Source of the DNA: Octopus bimaculoides
Taxonomy: Eukaryota
Assembly: GCF_001194135.2 (NCBI RefSeq)
Contig: NC_068989.1
Location: forward strand, 5,003,383 to 5,067,382
DNA length: 64,000 nucleotides
Direction: 5' to 3'
Below, piece after piece: positions 1 to 13,251 of this stretch. The position numbers were made by a program, and so were the translations under genes. Numbering within the stretch: the first letter of the stretch is position 1; each line of letters begins with the position of its first letter. Under the pieces are notes generated by a model that was not told the DNA's origin, ran no database searches, and worked only from the letters and a program-made list of their open reading frames with translations.

Positions 1-55
1 ATATATATATATATACATGTGTATATATATATACATATATATATATATACATGTG

Positions 56-107
<52 letters not shown>

Positions 108-145
108 TATATATACACACATGTATATACATGTATATATATAGA
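1..145. repeat. (TA)n/(CA)n microsatellite
   Basis: Direct reading. Confidence 0.95.
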
Positions 146-1379
146 TATATAATTGTTTAGGACCTATATTACTTCAAGGATATAAATACCTAAGGGGATG
201 TCAGCACCCAAGTTCCCTGGTTTTATCAAGGGTTTTCTTGAGATACAATATATATTTAATGTGCATTATTTCGTAATGTTGATCAAATTTCACAATATAT
301 ATATTTGTGAGTGTATATAAAATAACCTTATAACCAAGAAACCAACTACCAGAAGGTTAAAAAAATAATCTCTTACCGATTTCCGATCGTGAGAGGAGAG
401 AGATGCACAACATACTAGACAAAAGTTTTTCTCTTCCATTGTTATCAAATGAAACCATATTGTCTTCTTCTTTCAGTCTGGGAGAGACCGAGATTATTTT
501 TTCGTTTTTTTTTTTCATTTGCAGAAAAATGGTACTAAAAGTATGAAACTGTTGTTGTTTTCTATTTATTTAGATGAAACATTCCAGAAAATTAAAAAGT
601 ATGTTTAAATCTAGATATCAAAATTTCGGCCATCATCTCAGAAACTGTAGGAACAAGAATATGCTAGCAGTGACGGCAAACGTTTGTTCATTTTTTTGTT
701 TTAAATTTTTATTTAAGTATTTTCTATTTATCTATCATTTATGNNNNNNNNNNNNNNNNNNNNNNNNNNNNNNNNNNNNNNNNNNNNNNNNNNNNNNNNN
801 NNNNNNNNNNNNNNNNNNNNNNNNNNNNNNNNNNNNNNNNNNNNNNNNNNNNNNNNNNNNNNNNNNNNNNNNNNNNNNNNNNNNNNNNNNNNNNNNTATA
901 TATATATATATATATCGTATTTCTTTTATGCGTTTCAGCCATGTGGCTACGGTCATCATGGATCTCGGGATCTTTTCTTTAAATATATTAATATTTATAT
1001 GTATATATGTATTTATCTGTGTTTCGAGAGAAAGACAGAAATGTGTATCCTTGTTGAACGATATTCTATTTCTGTGTGTGCGTGGACAGACGGGTATCAG
1101 ATTTGCTTTGCCCGACACAGAACTTGTAGGAACTCCTTTAGAGAGTTTGCAAGCTAGGATAATGGCGTCATCATAAACCCTGCTGTATATTAAACAGGTA
1201 TCTCATTATCAAAAGAGTTTCGCCCTCTAGCATGACGCTTCGCAAGTGTAGAGCACCGAGGATTTAAAATATCTATCGCCAGCAGAAAGGTTCCATCTAC
1301 GATTTATTGTCAACCATGAACATTTTAAACTGGTCTTAGCTGTTACGGTTATTCTACTCAGTGGCTTTCTTCAGTTGTT

Positions 1380-1394
1380 TGAACTCCAAACCAA

Positions 1395-1448
<54 letters not shown>

Positions 1449-1697
1449 TCTCCTTCACGCGCGTACGCAGTTTGACTTCGCCATGTCAACAAACTTCAAA
1501 ATTGGTAAAAGTTATGGTTGAAAATCGATTTTTATAGCTATACGCGGGTGCCTCTGAGAGAAAAAGTTGACGAAAATGCAGCTAGGATCATGACGAATGT
1601 CCTCCTAAAATTGGAGCGACATGCGTGCTAATTTCTGGACGTGTATAAACTACATTCACGTACACACACACACCCTGCCTTTTATATATTGGGATAT
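1380..1697 (+). mobile_element. Possible Helitron/Helentron-like non-autonomous element remnant
   Basis: Internal (CT)n; 3' end ACACACACACCCTGCCTTTTATATATTGGGAT resembles DINE/HINE-type termini. Confidence 0.3.
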
Positions 1698-1759
1698 CTC
1701 ATATCTTCATTCATTCTGACAACATAGCTAATGTAATATATCCAGCTCAAATATCAAGA

Positions 1760-1795
<36 letters not shown>

Positions 1796-2274
1796 TCCTC
1801 CTCCTCCTCCTCCATTCCATTAAATCGTTCTCTTATAGATATACAGAACAGTAGGTTTTATTTGAGACATGTATTAAGATATCCTTATCTGTGTACTTAG
1901 TGGGTTATTTTTAATTTGACTTTAGGTAACAAGCAATTAATTTTACTTTATCTAGATGTGCTTACGTTTTCACTCTATATCTACTATTTTTACTGCAGCT
2001 ATCTAATGTACAAAAGTTTTCTTTATTTAACATATTTTTACACTTTACTCCCTTGTTCATGTCTTTACCTTAGCGAATCTACCTTCTACTACAGCGTGAG
2101 CCAGCAAGCGGTCGTCTACGTGGTTGTGCGATCAAGCTAGAAATAGCAGCCAAATTTCCCTCAAATTACTCCTATCGTCTTCAGAGCTTATGTTCCAGTG
2201 TAGTTCTAGGTATACAAGTAGGCGGAATGGTCATGACTGGAAGGCCTTTATTTCATAAATCTGCTCGTTCAGAC

Positions 2275-2445
2275 AGACAGACAGACAAACAGACAGAAAG
2301 ATAGACAGACGGACAGAAGAACAGACGGACAGAAGAACAGACGGACAGAAGAACAGACGGACAGACGAGCAGACAGACAAACAGACAGAGAGAGAGAGAG
2401 ATTGGTAGATGGATGGACAGACAGACAGATAGATAGATAGATCAC
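2275..2445. repeat. (GACA)n/(GATA)n compound microsatellite with 16-bp GACGGACAGAAGAACA units
   Basis: Direct reading. Confidence 0.9.
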
Positions 2446-3009
2446 AACTGTCAGCTGAATCAGTAATGTAAAAATGAGAGTGTTTTTTTAAGTATAAGAA
2501 AAATAAATGACAAGCTCTTCCATGTGTTCCATTCTTGAACCATCTTGATCTAACATGATCTTTTCTATTATAGGCACAAGGCTTGAAATTCTGTTATTAA
2601 TAGTTTTTGTTTATTTTATTTTATTTATTTATTTGATTTATTTGACGTTAAACCTATGAAGGTTTGGCAGCAATCCTTCAGTATTAGTACACAATGTCAT
2701 TCACCCATACAACCTTCCCTCATGATATAGATAGACAGGCTAAGCTGAAAAAGAGGGTGACATCGTCTCCTCATACCGACACTCTGGAGACCAATACCAA
2801 TGGATCGTCAGTTTTAGCTTCATCAGCTATATGGTTTTTGTCGCACACGCATATACATTCACACGTATGAATACATATGTACATACATACATGCATTTTC
2901 TCTCTCTCCCCACTATATCTCTCTTTCTTTCTTTCTCTCTCAATCTGAATCTCTGCCTTCGCCTAGGCAGCATCTGTAAAACAACAGCAGCAAAAATAAA
3001 TACATTAAT

Positions 3010-3440
3010 GCAGTCCTGAAAAGTGAAGTGAGCAACATTGTACGAGTTGGCAGTGAACTCCTCAAGAAACACTCTCTTCCTGATGGTCTCCTATACAGCC
3101 TCAAAACAGCTGGGTTCTCTTACCTCAAAGAAGACCTGGATGGAAAGCACTCAACATACAAAAAAAACAAACATCATGCATGAGTATGTTGCCCGGAAGC
3201 TTGAAGAAGACAGTAGAATTGACATGAAGCACAGCCACTCTTAGACACAAGACCACTATATCACATCACACTTTGAAGGCTATGTGTTTGCAATCCAGGA
3301 ACAGGAGATTGCCACAAAGTACTTTGTGAACAAGAGAGACAGTGACACTCTTTTAATCCCAAGGTACAACAGCATGTGTAGGCTGTCATGTTCTGTGGAA
3401 GACATCACGCATGTGATTAGCAGCTGTCCTAAAATGTCAT
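3010..3440 (+). mobile_element. R4/Dong-like non-LTR retrotransposon C-terminal remnant
   Basis: Degenerate translation MHEYVARKLEEDSRIDMKHSHS...HFEGYVFAIQEQEIATKY...CRL...EDITHVISSCPKM, i.e. the AIQEQ motif plus CCHC zinc knuckle of restriction-endonuclease-type LINEs. Confidence 0.7.
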
Positions 3441-3537
3441 TTTAGTGTGTGTGTGCACGCGCGTATATGTGTGTGTGTGGTTGAGTGCATGTGTGTGTGC
3501 ATATAAATACACACACACACACGCATAAACTCATATA

Positions 3538-3720
3538 TTTATGAGGGAGGGTCGGGTAAAAAAATTCATGAGCTGGCCAAGATACTCTCATAGAATGTGA
3601 CCAAATGAGGTTTATTTTCCAACATAACCCTATCGGTATTGCAGAGCTTAGATCCCATCGGTGAAGAAGCTTTCATCAAAAATCTCTTTACTTGAGGCAA
3701 GTTTAAAATCCTCTTATTAT
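3538..3720 (+). mobile_element. Mariner-like terminal fragment
   Basis: TATGAGGGAGGGTCGG...AAAAAATTC start and TTTATTTTCCAACATAA resemble mariner TIR/subterminal sequence. Confidence 0.3.
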
Positions 3721-3734
3721 AATGTCCTTCACTA

Positions 3735-4135
3735 GGTCAGTGCCAGGACAGTGTTTTTAATGTACGACAGCCTTTCGTTTGGTTTGTGATAGGGCTTGTA
3801 TGAACAGATACCCAGGCCTAGAGCAATGTCTAAAAATTTAACAATGGTAACGTAGGTCTCAGTTGTAATGTTAAGGTCATGGGGTCTAAGAGTACAAATT
3901 AGTTCCTTCCTAACTCTACCTCCAGTATACTCGTTGGCAGCTCTAGACATGACCAAAATGTCATCTTTGTACAGACCAAAAGGGACTGACGCGAGCTTCT
4001 TCGTTAAGGTATCTCGTATATAAAATCTTATGAGGTCACAGACATCCATGCTGTCGAATGCTTCCATCGCCACATTGAAGGATCATACTGGGTAAGATTG
4101 TTTGACCAAGATGGAACGTACAACAGCGTTTTCCT
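3735..4135 (-). mobile_element. Penelope-like retroelement RT fragment (family 1)
   Basis: Minus ORF 3732-4073: AMEAFDSMDVCDLIRFYI...FGLYKDDIL...VKFLDI...YKPYHKPN resembles PLE RT motifs (MGSFDGAEVCELVG, GLYRDDG, NFLDV, YRKP). Confidence 0.7.
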
Positions 4136-5344
4136 AGTGTGCATAATTACCTAATGAGTTACCTATACCACTTAGAACTTTATAGGAGTAAAACCAATGA
4201 TTGATTCAAATATTTCCAACTGAGTGTTTACATAGCTTGCGACTCTATGAAGAGTCAATACAAAAAGAAAACAAAACAAAACAAACAGATATCGATCAGC
4301 GACAAGCTGAAAGGATGATCGTGCTTTTGAGCGGCTCCAAATAATGATCTTTTAGTTAAATTAATGACTTCATTACAAAGGATTTGACAAAGCAGCGAGG
4401 AACATCTGGTTAATGAGGCCAACGGAACGAAGCGGCTATGCACACACACACACACACACACACACCATATGCATATCAAAGTTGAATTGTCACACATATG
4501 AGTGAGGTGTGCTCAACAGATATTGTAGTGCAGGAGTCAACGAACTTCTTATATAATTGACGTTTTCATGGAATCGTTGATAACTCATCTACCTCAATCA
4601 TACAGATTTCTGAAATAAAACGAAAAAGTACAATATTAATAAACAATTTTCTTGATTTAAAACTAATAATTTCTTCAATCTTTTGTGTTAGCATTATTGG
4701 TCACACATACATAGTATATGTGACATGTTTAAACACCCATCTGCTGCAAGATAGCTTTCCCTGGATACTGTGTATGCGTGACAGATGTTTACAATACTAG
4801 AACTGTTTTAATTCATATTTTTTTTGTGTATGTTGTTACCACTTTTTAATGAGAAATATTTGAAAGAAATTTAATGAAAATACATAACGTAATTAATAAA
4901 AACAAAACAATAGTAATAAAGTTGGAGTACTTAATGTGAAAAATGTATTTGGTAGCAATAACTTATTACATCAATATTTGGTTCGAGATTAGTAAGATTT
5001 AACCTTAAAACACTGCACTCTTCCAGGATCAGTTTAGTTCCTCTAAAGCTCAAAATTTCAGGTGTTTATTGAGCCCTTGGATAGCTGCATAAACCCTTGC
5101 CCCCAGGAGTCAATATTGATCACTTTTCCGACCTCTGTAGTAGAGTATATTGTTTATTGAAAGTGAAAGTTTATTTTTTGATTTGAGTTTCATATCACTG
5201 CGAACTCCAAGTGAGAATTGTTATTCGTTTTGGTGATATATTTATATTCGATGGCGTGGGTGAGGTCTCACGCTTGTATTTGTTCATTGGTTTGCATTTT
5301 CTGTTTGTTTATTGACTTTTATTGGTAAATTTCTATATTAATAC

Positions 5345-5647
5345 CCGCACGATTTCCACTAAGAAAATTTTAAAAACTCAGATTTTTTTTTTTTGCATGA
5401 AATCAAGTACCATGACCTCCTAACATGCTGCAAATCCCTTATTTTGGTTCGGAAAATGGGGTGGGGCCAGTACCCCCCCCCCTCCCAGAATCATTGGATT
5501 TTTTTATTTTTGCTGAAGGTATTCCTGTGACCTCCTAATATGCTACAAAACCCTTTTTGGGGTCCGAAAAATGGGGTAGGGGTGAGGTGGAAGCCTCGGA
5601 AATTTCACCCCCACCCCCATTGAACTTTTCCGAGGCTTCCACCTCAC
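5345..5647 (+). mobile_element. Helentron/HINE-like non-autonomous element with terminal 21-bp inverted repeat
   Basis: Two GACCTCCTAA(C/T)ATGCT(G/A)CAAA direct repeats; perfect IR GTGAGGTGGAAGCCTCGGAAA at 5582-5602 and 5627-5647. Confidence 0.45.
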
Positions 5648-5749
5648 TATTTATGAGAACTAACACGCTACACAGTTCAATGAATAGAGGAGTAGTGATC
5701 GATGACAGCTAGTTTTGAAGGATAGAGATAATAGATACAGGCTTCAGGG

Positions 5750-6035
5750 TATGTGGTCTAGGTCTTTAGAGTGTTGTACTCAAACCTCGATCACAAGACC
5801 ACAGTTTCAATTCCTGGACCGCGCAGTGCACTGTATTCTTGAGTCAAACAATTTTATGTTGTTCTGTGATTATTTCAGCATCTGACATACAGCACATCGT
5901 GTAACTGTACAAGGGATATCAATTTGATGGAGGGGAGGGAGTTAATGTACACTACAAGCAAATCTGTGCAAGTTGTTCAACAACAAAAAATTGCAGAACT
6001 CACTTCTGTTGTCTATGACAGGAAATTCCACAAAT
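5750..6035 (+). mobile_element. Degenerate tRNA-headed SINE (same family as 37340-37590)
   Basis: TTCAATTCC B-box-like head, TTCTTGAG core segment, shared ...GTTGTCTA(T/AC)GACAGGA tail. Confidence 0.5.
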
Positions 6036-6744
6036 ATAAGCTCAGCACACATCTCAGTTTGACCAGGATGTTTTGATCTGGAGGGTCTGTCCCATCTGGT
6101 TAGCAAATTTTTGTCGTCTGCTCTGGAATATCTCCCAATGCCTCTGCTATGAATCAAAGACTTAACTTCTTAGACACAATCAGTGGGAGGAGCTTATAGT
6201 GTTGTAGCAAGAGAATTTGATACAAATAAAAGACAGAGTAAAGAGACACAAGGGATAAAATATTTGTTTGATATTTGATAAACTTGATTGTGTTACTGGA
6301 CTTCTTGACTAGACTAAACAGTCAGACAGTTGGCTGCTTGGGTAGCTAAAGTGGTATTTAAATTTGGGTATCAGTAAACAGAGAATTATAAATTAACTGG
6401 GATAGTTATGTCTTGAGTAACTTCAAAGAAGTAGAAATATTTAAAGAGAGTGAGAGAAAGAAAGAAAGAAAGAAAAAGGACAATACTGTCAGTCTCATTC
6501 TCATCTCTCTTTCTTTATCTTTCTCTCTTTCTCTTTCCGGGTATCTTATCAGGTTTCCTCGTCAGACTATTTCAAACACATTCTCAGAATTTTTTAATTT
6601 ACTTTGAAAATAATTTAAATACATCTAAAAACATGAGTGGAATGCAGTGATGACTCTACTAGATGCATATTATTTTATGATGTATTTCAGTTATTTTTTT
6701 ATTAACTGTTAAAACAAAACTTATTATTATTATTATTATTATTA

Positions 6745-6920
6745 TTCACGCTGGACAAAATGTTTAACAGTATTTTACCTGATGCTATGTTCTGAGTTCA
6801 AATTCCACTGAAGTTGACTTTGCCTTTCATCCTTTCAGGGGTCGATAAATTAAGTACCAGTGAAACACTGCGATTGATGTAAAGGACTAGATTTCAGACC
6901 TTGTGCCTTTAGTAGAAAGT
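6745..6920 (+). mobile_element. SINE family B fragment
   Basis: TTCTGAGTTCAAATTCC...GACTTTGCCTTTCATCCTTTC...GGGGTCGATAAATTAAGTACCAG, matching 46419-46652. Confidence 0.8.
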
Positions 6921-7445
6921 CCCACCACCTTTCTTTGCCTGGGAAGGGTAGGCTGTTTTTCTTTGCCTGACAGCCTTAGCAAAAGAGGTTGTGTGATGGA
7001 CCAGGCTGAAAGAATTGAAAGCTAAGCCCTCATCAACTTTTCCAAGTTTCACTTGAAAAGGAAAGTGAGAGTAGAAAGGGAAATTTCTGCCTCTCAGCAA
7101 TTTTGTTAATAAATGGGTGAATGTTGCAGGAATAGCTCAAATGAAGGGGTCTACTCTAAGCATGCACCTGTAGACAAAGTGGAAAGGGTGCTTACTCCAG
7201 TGGTTAGGATTGTTGTGGATTTGTAGGGTTTCCTCATGCAGTCCTAGGAGATCTCCCTCTTTTGGAGAATATCGTTGTTGTAATCAATTGTTTTTCATTC
7301 TTTACATGACCTTCATGTAACTCCATATTCTATTTGTCCTGTTCTGTCCACAATGTTTTTTAAATGTAAGCCCTTTGTGGTTAGTAAAGAAATAATAATA
7401 ATAATAATCATCATCATTATTATTGTTATTATTTTCATTATGATA

Positions 7446-8221
7446 CATGTGTGTGAACTGCCATGCTTCACGACAGTGAAACATGGGCTGTGACTGCAGA
7501 GGACATGTGAAGGCTCGAAAGAAATGAAGTTAGCATGATCCGCTGGATGTGTAATGTCAGTGTGCACACATGACAGAGTGTAAGTGCCCTGAGAGAAATG
7601 TTGGACATAAGAAGCATGAGATGTGGCGTGCAAGAGAGACGCTTGCGCTGGTATGGCCATGTACTATGGGATAGATGTGGAGAGATGCGTGAAGTGCCAC
7701 TCCCAAACATTTGAAGGAATCCGGAGTAAAGGTAGACCCAGGAAGACATGGGATGAGGTGGTGAAGCATGACTTTCGAATGTTGGGCCTCACCGAGGCAA
7801 TGACGAAAGACCGAAACCTCTGGAGATATGCTTTGACTGCAAAGACCCGGCAAATAAAGTGAGTTCATGGCTGTATCCTACACCAGTTTCGCATAACCAT
7901 CTCCAGCCCATTCAAAAGTACCTTGGATCGTAGGGCGACCTGCTGTGCTTGAGGAGACCTATTGAGTCAAGTACATCAACATCAAAATGAAAATCAAATG
8001 GAAATTGTAGTTGTGATACCCATGCCGGTGGCACGTAAAAAGCACCATTCAAACGTGGTCGGTGACAGTGCTGCCTTGACTGGCTTCTATGTTGGTGGCA
8101 TGTAAAAAGCACCAACCAATCATGGCCGTTGCCAGCCTCCTCTGGCTCCTATGCCAGTGGCACGTAAAAAGCACCCACTACACTCACGGAGTGGTTGGCA
8201 TTGGGAAGGGCATCCAGCTGC
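7446..8221 (+). mobile_element. RTE-clade LINE 3' fragment (ORF C-terminus plus tandem-repeat 3' UTR)
   Basis: Degenerate translation AML..SETWAVTAEDM.RLERNEVSMIRWMCNV...ERRLRWYGHV...GRPRKTWDEVVKHD; UTR has GGCACGTAAAAAGCACC repeats. Confidence 0.85.
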
Positions 8222-10689
8222 AACAAGTGTGTGAATCTGAGAGGGGAATATATTGAATAAAATCATAATTAACTGCTCCTCCTGTATTTTCTTTTACCCC
8301 AAACCATGAATTTTTCAGCACCCTCACATAACGGAAAGCAAACTATTCATTATAAATAATTGTCTTCATAAGCAACTACTCAATAAAAAACTCCAAATTA
8401 TAAGAAGACATAAATGTACATCAAAATAATGACGAGATGAAATTTACAGGAAACAAACTAAATCTACATACTTTGCATGAGACTTAAATCAATGGACTTT
8501 GGCTTGTATAGAGATGATGGGTTATCTATAACCAAATATGCTAGCAGACACACTTTTGAGTATATTAAGATTAAATATTATCTACATGTTGGGTACAAAA
8601 TTAACAATCGTTACATATTTAAGAACAGTTAATCATCTGGGTGTTATCCTAAATTTAACCATAAATTTACATTGGTTGTTTTGTAAAACAAATGAAAAAC
8701 TTATGTCAACATAGGCTCCTGACCCATTTATAGGACGTTAGAACATTATTTATAGCATCAGCAGAAAGATAAAAAGTTGTCCTCAAATTTAAAAATTCCA
8801 TAGTAACCCATTACTATTGGTAAGGCCTAAGAATCCAGAGGATTCAATGAAAAAAATTGCCATATCCCTAACTGTCGCCAGTAAAAGAAATAGGAAACGA
8901 TTCAATGATTTACATTTCACTTTTCATTAAATATTAATTCTAATGTTTGCTAAGATCTCTCTACCTCTAACTGAACATTTTCCAACTAATCATAAATATA
9001 GAAAATTATATAACTGAATCAATCTTATGTTACAGTTGCACCATTAACATGAAGAACATTATATCATATACACCTCCGAAACAAACTGAGGTACATGTAA
9101 AATACCAGAGCATACCACTTAATATGCCTTAAAACAGAGAACCTTAATATATGAATCGGATATTACCATCCCCAAACAAAACAAAATCAAACCTCAATGT
9201 AGTATATAATATTACATAGGCATGACTGAAGAAAAGTTTAAGGAAATGTTTTACTATTATATTTTCCTCATTTAGATACATCAAAAAGGAAATGTAATGG
9301 AAAATATTAGATTGAAATTTTTGCAAAATGTTGTTATTTCGACTGGAATTTATTATATAACTTGAATACACCAGACTAAGTGATCCACTGTCACCTTTTA
9401 CCTGTCTACATTGTAGTGCATAAGAGAGTAGTAGTAGTAGTACTTATACAACAGAATGCAGTAGATGAATACACAAGCATCATAATTGCTCCTCTTGAGG
9501 TCTAAAAGCCAGCTGAGACAGTTCAAAAGTTAAGGTGGTTGTAGCAGTTTGGCTTCAAAGCCTATTCAAATTTTGTCTCAATGTTTCAAATTCTACCTCA
9601 AAGAATACTTGAAATATTTCGGTATAAGCTTTTCGTTTGTGGTTCTTGTTGAAACCTTTCATTGTATTGGATATAAAAGAAGTATGTCTACCACATTGTC
9701 TATGTACTACTAACCTCTTCACCCTTGAAAAGGATCTTTTGATCAAAACTTCATTACCCAACCCAACCAAACCAAACCAAACCAAAGCATTGTCCATTCA
9801 AATACACAAACATGCATACAAAAATAAATATATACATGCAAACAAAAATACATACATGCAAGCATACATATATACATACATGTACACATATATACACACA
9901 TGTATATGTATGTGTATATATATATATGTATGCATACACACACACACACACTGTCCACCTAGATTTCTGGTTTATATTCAGAAGATAGTTTATAATCTGT
10001 TTTTTTTGTATGTCAAACAAATTTTTCAAAATATCTAACATACATCTAATATAATGACATACTATTTGTGTCAGTATATTTATTTTCTGCCTGTAAGTTT
10101 TTAACGTACAAAAATACCAGAGTGGTAGTGAAAGGGAGAGACAGGTCAGGCGTGGTGAGGGAAAGTAAGAGATTTAGGACACAAGACAACAAATGGTGAA
10201 TGATGACTAGAGAAAGTGTGAGAGATAAATGAAACTAATGTGAGAGAATGAGATATATAGGGTCAAAAGTTAGGAGAGTAAAAGTAAGAACTAGATTTAA
10301 ATAAGGAAAAAGAAGACTAGGAATGTGTGGTAAAATTTTTGACATCACAGTGTCTTTAGGTATTTCATTCTCTTTTTTAAAGTGTGCTAAATAGAATAAT
10401 AGCATGATCAACTGTAAATCTCTACAGTCCAGTACCCCAATGGATACTCCTTTAAAATCAGTTTATAAAGCCAAATGACACTTTTTGAAGGGTGAGTGTT
10501 TGAAAGGCACTCATTTTAAAAGCAATTTAATGAGAAGTACTTTACAAAACAGGCTACCATTTCCAAGGCACAGATTCAATTGTGTGTGTGTGTGTGTGTG
10601 TGTATCTTAGATCCTACCATTCCCCAAAGAACATTGGGGAACAAAAGATGTCCAACGAACACAGTTTCAAGTCCTGTTATGAGCCTACT

Positions 10690-11240
10690 CTCAGAACAGG
10701 CTCATATCTGCCAAATCCTCTTCTATAGTTCTCAACCAAGTCTTGACAAATCTGCCTCACCTCCTTCACCTCTACCTCTGACTACCACTCAAGAGAAATT
10801 TTCTCCAGTCTCTTTCTAGGCATGCATAGTACATGACCAAGCATTTTCTGCCATCACATGGCAATGGTATCATGTAGGCTATTCAGCCTTGGTCTTTCTA
10901 TGATTTCTTCATTCATAATGTAATTGAGCCAAGAAATTTGTAGTATGGTTCCAGAGCAACATCTGTGAAAGACATCTGCAGTTCTATAGATTCTGCTGGT
11001 CTTTTCCCATGTCTTGCAGTTATAAGTCATTATCAGGATAATGATGGATGTATACAGGCAAAGTTTGCTGCCCTGGTCGATATAAATGCATTGTATTATT
11101 TTGGGCCCTTTGTACCTAAGAGCTCCACCATTTTGTGTTCATGTTTGTTACACATCATGACTTGTATATGAACAGTCCCAACTTTCCAGTTGCCATAACC
11201 TTCCTGACAATTATGCATTTTAATAATGTGTTAGGAAATG
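10690..11240 (-). mobile_element. Highly degenerate RTE-like LINE ORF C-terminus
   Basis: Minus-strand pieces ILQISWLNYIMNEEIIERPRLNSLHDTI..WQKMLGHVLCMPRKRLEKISLEW resemble RTE C-termini. Confidence 0.55.
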
Positions 11241-12452
11241 CAAACACCCACCAGAGAGAAAAACGTTATGCATTGTCATTCAAGGAAGAATAATTTTCTA
11301 ATCATGAATTTAAAGATTGCCAAGGTAAAAATATGATAAAGAAGCTCGTTATTTTAAATGCTGCACCGTTACTCTGCAAAATGCAAATAATCCGTGTTAA
11401 TGAAACACAAAATTTCTATTAAACGAAACTGCTTTTATGTGGTTAAGTCTAGTGTTGATATTTTCCGATTCATAAAGGAAGAGGTTAACGGAGAGTGAAC
11501 AAACAGTGAACTGCTTATTATTAGCTATATTTTGTTGATCATAAAATTCCGTTTGCAAACATTGATAGTCTCCTGACGAAAAATTAACAACATAAAGAAC
11601 CAAACCTTCATACGTTATTCAAGATGGAAGAGCCTTTCATGAAAATAGATGCAACAGATATCTGTGAGACACAAAAGATTTCTATTATAATATAGTTATA
11701 TTTATGAGTTACTTTGATTTCAATAAACATAATGTTGTAGATGCTTTATTAGACAGTGTATTCTTCAAAAATGGATGGCCCTGGGTCTTTACAATACTGG
11801 CAAATGTGAACGAAATATTTCTCTAGAAAATATTATTGTTTTTCGATGATGGGTACAAAATATGGGTTTCAGAAATTATCGAATGATTAAATACCTTCTG
11901 CTTTTATTAAAGGAAGCCTCTGTTGTTCTTTTCCTCTTCACTCTGGCCATACTGTTTGTGTATTGCTTTCATATTTGGTGGCTTTTTAAAAACATTTAAC
12001 ATCTTACTTTTTTTCACAATAGCAAAAGACAATAGAAGTTTACACTTATTTAAGAAGTTGTGATGACGACTTACCACAAAATACCTAAACTTTCACAAAC
12101 TAGGTACCATATTTAATAGCATATACGACACACTATATTTCCAAAGATATGTCTCCAAAATATCACCTTGAGTCCTATATGCAAAGTGGGACCTTTCATA
12201 AAGAACATTTTTTGTCCTGAATATCTGCTTCTGAAAATGTCATGAGTCTACTTAACACACCTGTATTTTATGCCATCAAATTTGATTTTATTTATATTTC
12301 CAAAGTTAACTGAAATTTGACAAGGTTTATGGTGCCAGAGAGCTTATACGGTATCAAGCAATCACAGAATCAAACATACACTACTTTTCTTTCATTATGT
12401 GCTCAAGAAGAGAAACCTACTGAATGCTGAATTCCAACCTGGGTATTTCAGG

Positions 12453-12691
12453 CAGTAGTGTAGCTGGGGAAGGGGCCGGTCACATCCAGAGTAATGCTTT
12501 TTATGGGTACAGCACATTTGGGTCTGTTTTATAAGCCTGTAGCTGGGGAAGGGGCCAGTCCATCCAGAGTAACGCTTTTTATGGGTACGGCACATTTGGG
12601 TCTGCTTTATAAGCCTGTATATAAATGGTGGAGGCAAAAGAGAAAAGCTCAAGGACCACCCCGGGTAGCATACAATCTGGCTACATCACTG
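12453..12691. mobile_element. hAT-like MITE with internal ~79-bp tandem duplication
   Basis: Termini CAGTAGTGTAGC / GCTACATCACTG; flanks ATTTCAGG / ATTTCAAA (6/8 match); repeat units 12460-12538 and 12539-12616. Confidence 0.6.
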
Positions 12692-13019
12692 ATTTCAAAT
12701 TACATTATCAGTATTTCATGATATTATAAGAATACAAAAATCTTTTGAGTTTCTGTATTTATGATAAATTATTGCAGAACATTACATTATCAGAAATTGA
12801 CTCAGAGATGGGGACTTAGAATTCCAAATAGTTTCCTCAGTTGGCACTCATGCAAATACTGGCTAATCGAGTGCATAAAACGGACAGTCTTCTATAAAGG
12901 AAACCATTCCATACAAAATGAAATTCAAAGGATAATTTATTAATTGTTTATGTTATGATTTTATTTACTCCATGTACCCAGACCTTGTGGACACCCTGTA
13001 TATGCCATTAATGTTATCC

Positions 13020-13206
13020 AAAGGAAAGGTAAAGGCTGATACAGCTTGGCACCAGTGATGTTGCAACTCATTTCTACAGTGAACCGGATCTACGTGAAAT
13101 AAAGTGTCTTGCTCAAGAACACAATGCACAGCCCAGTTTGGAAATTGAACTCACTACCTCATGATTGTGAGCCTGACACACAAACCACTGAGTTATGTGC
13201 CTTCAC

Positions 13207-13207
<1 letters not shown>
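13020..13207 (-). mobile_element. tRNA-headed SINE 5' part
   Basis: Reverse complement reads GTGAAGGCACATAACTCAGTGGTT...GAGTTCAATTTCC...GTGTTCTTGAGCAAGACAC. Confidence 0.7.

Positions 13208-13247
<40 letters not shown>

Positions 13248-13251
<4 letters not shown>

Noticed and set aside
4558-4596. Minus-strand GATGAG...GAAAACGTC near the Penelope RT fragment
   Set aside because: The core is non-canonical and there is no stem II pairing.
12075-12230. Minus-strand segment between an AG and a GTAAGT donor
   Set aside because: All three frames contain stops.
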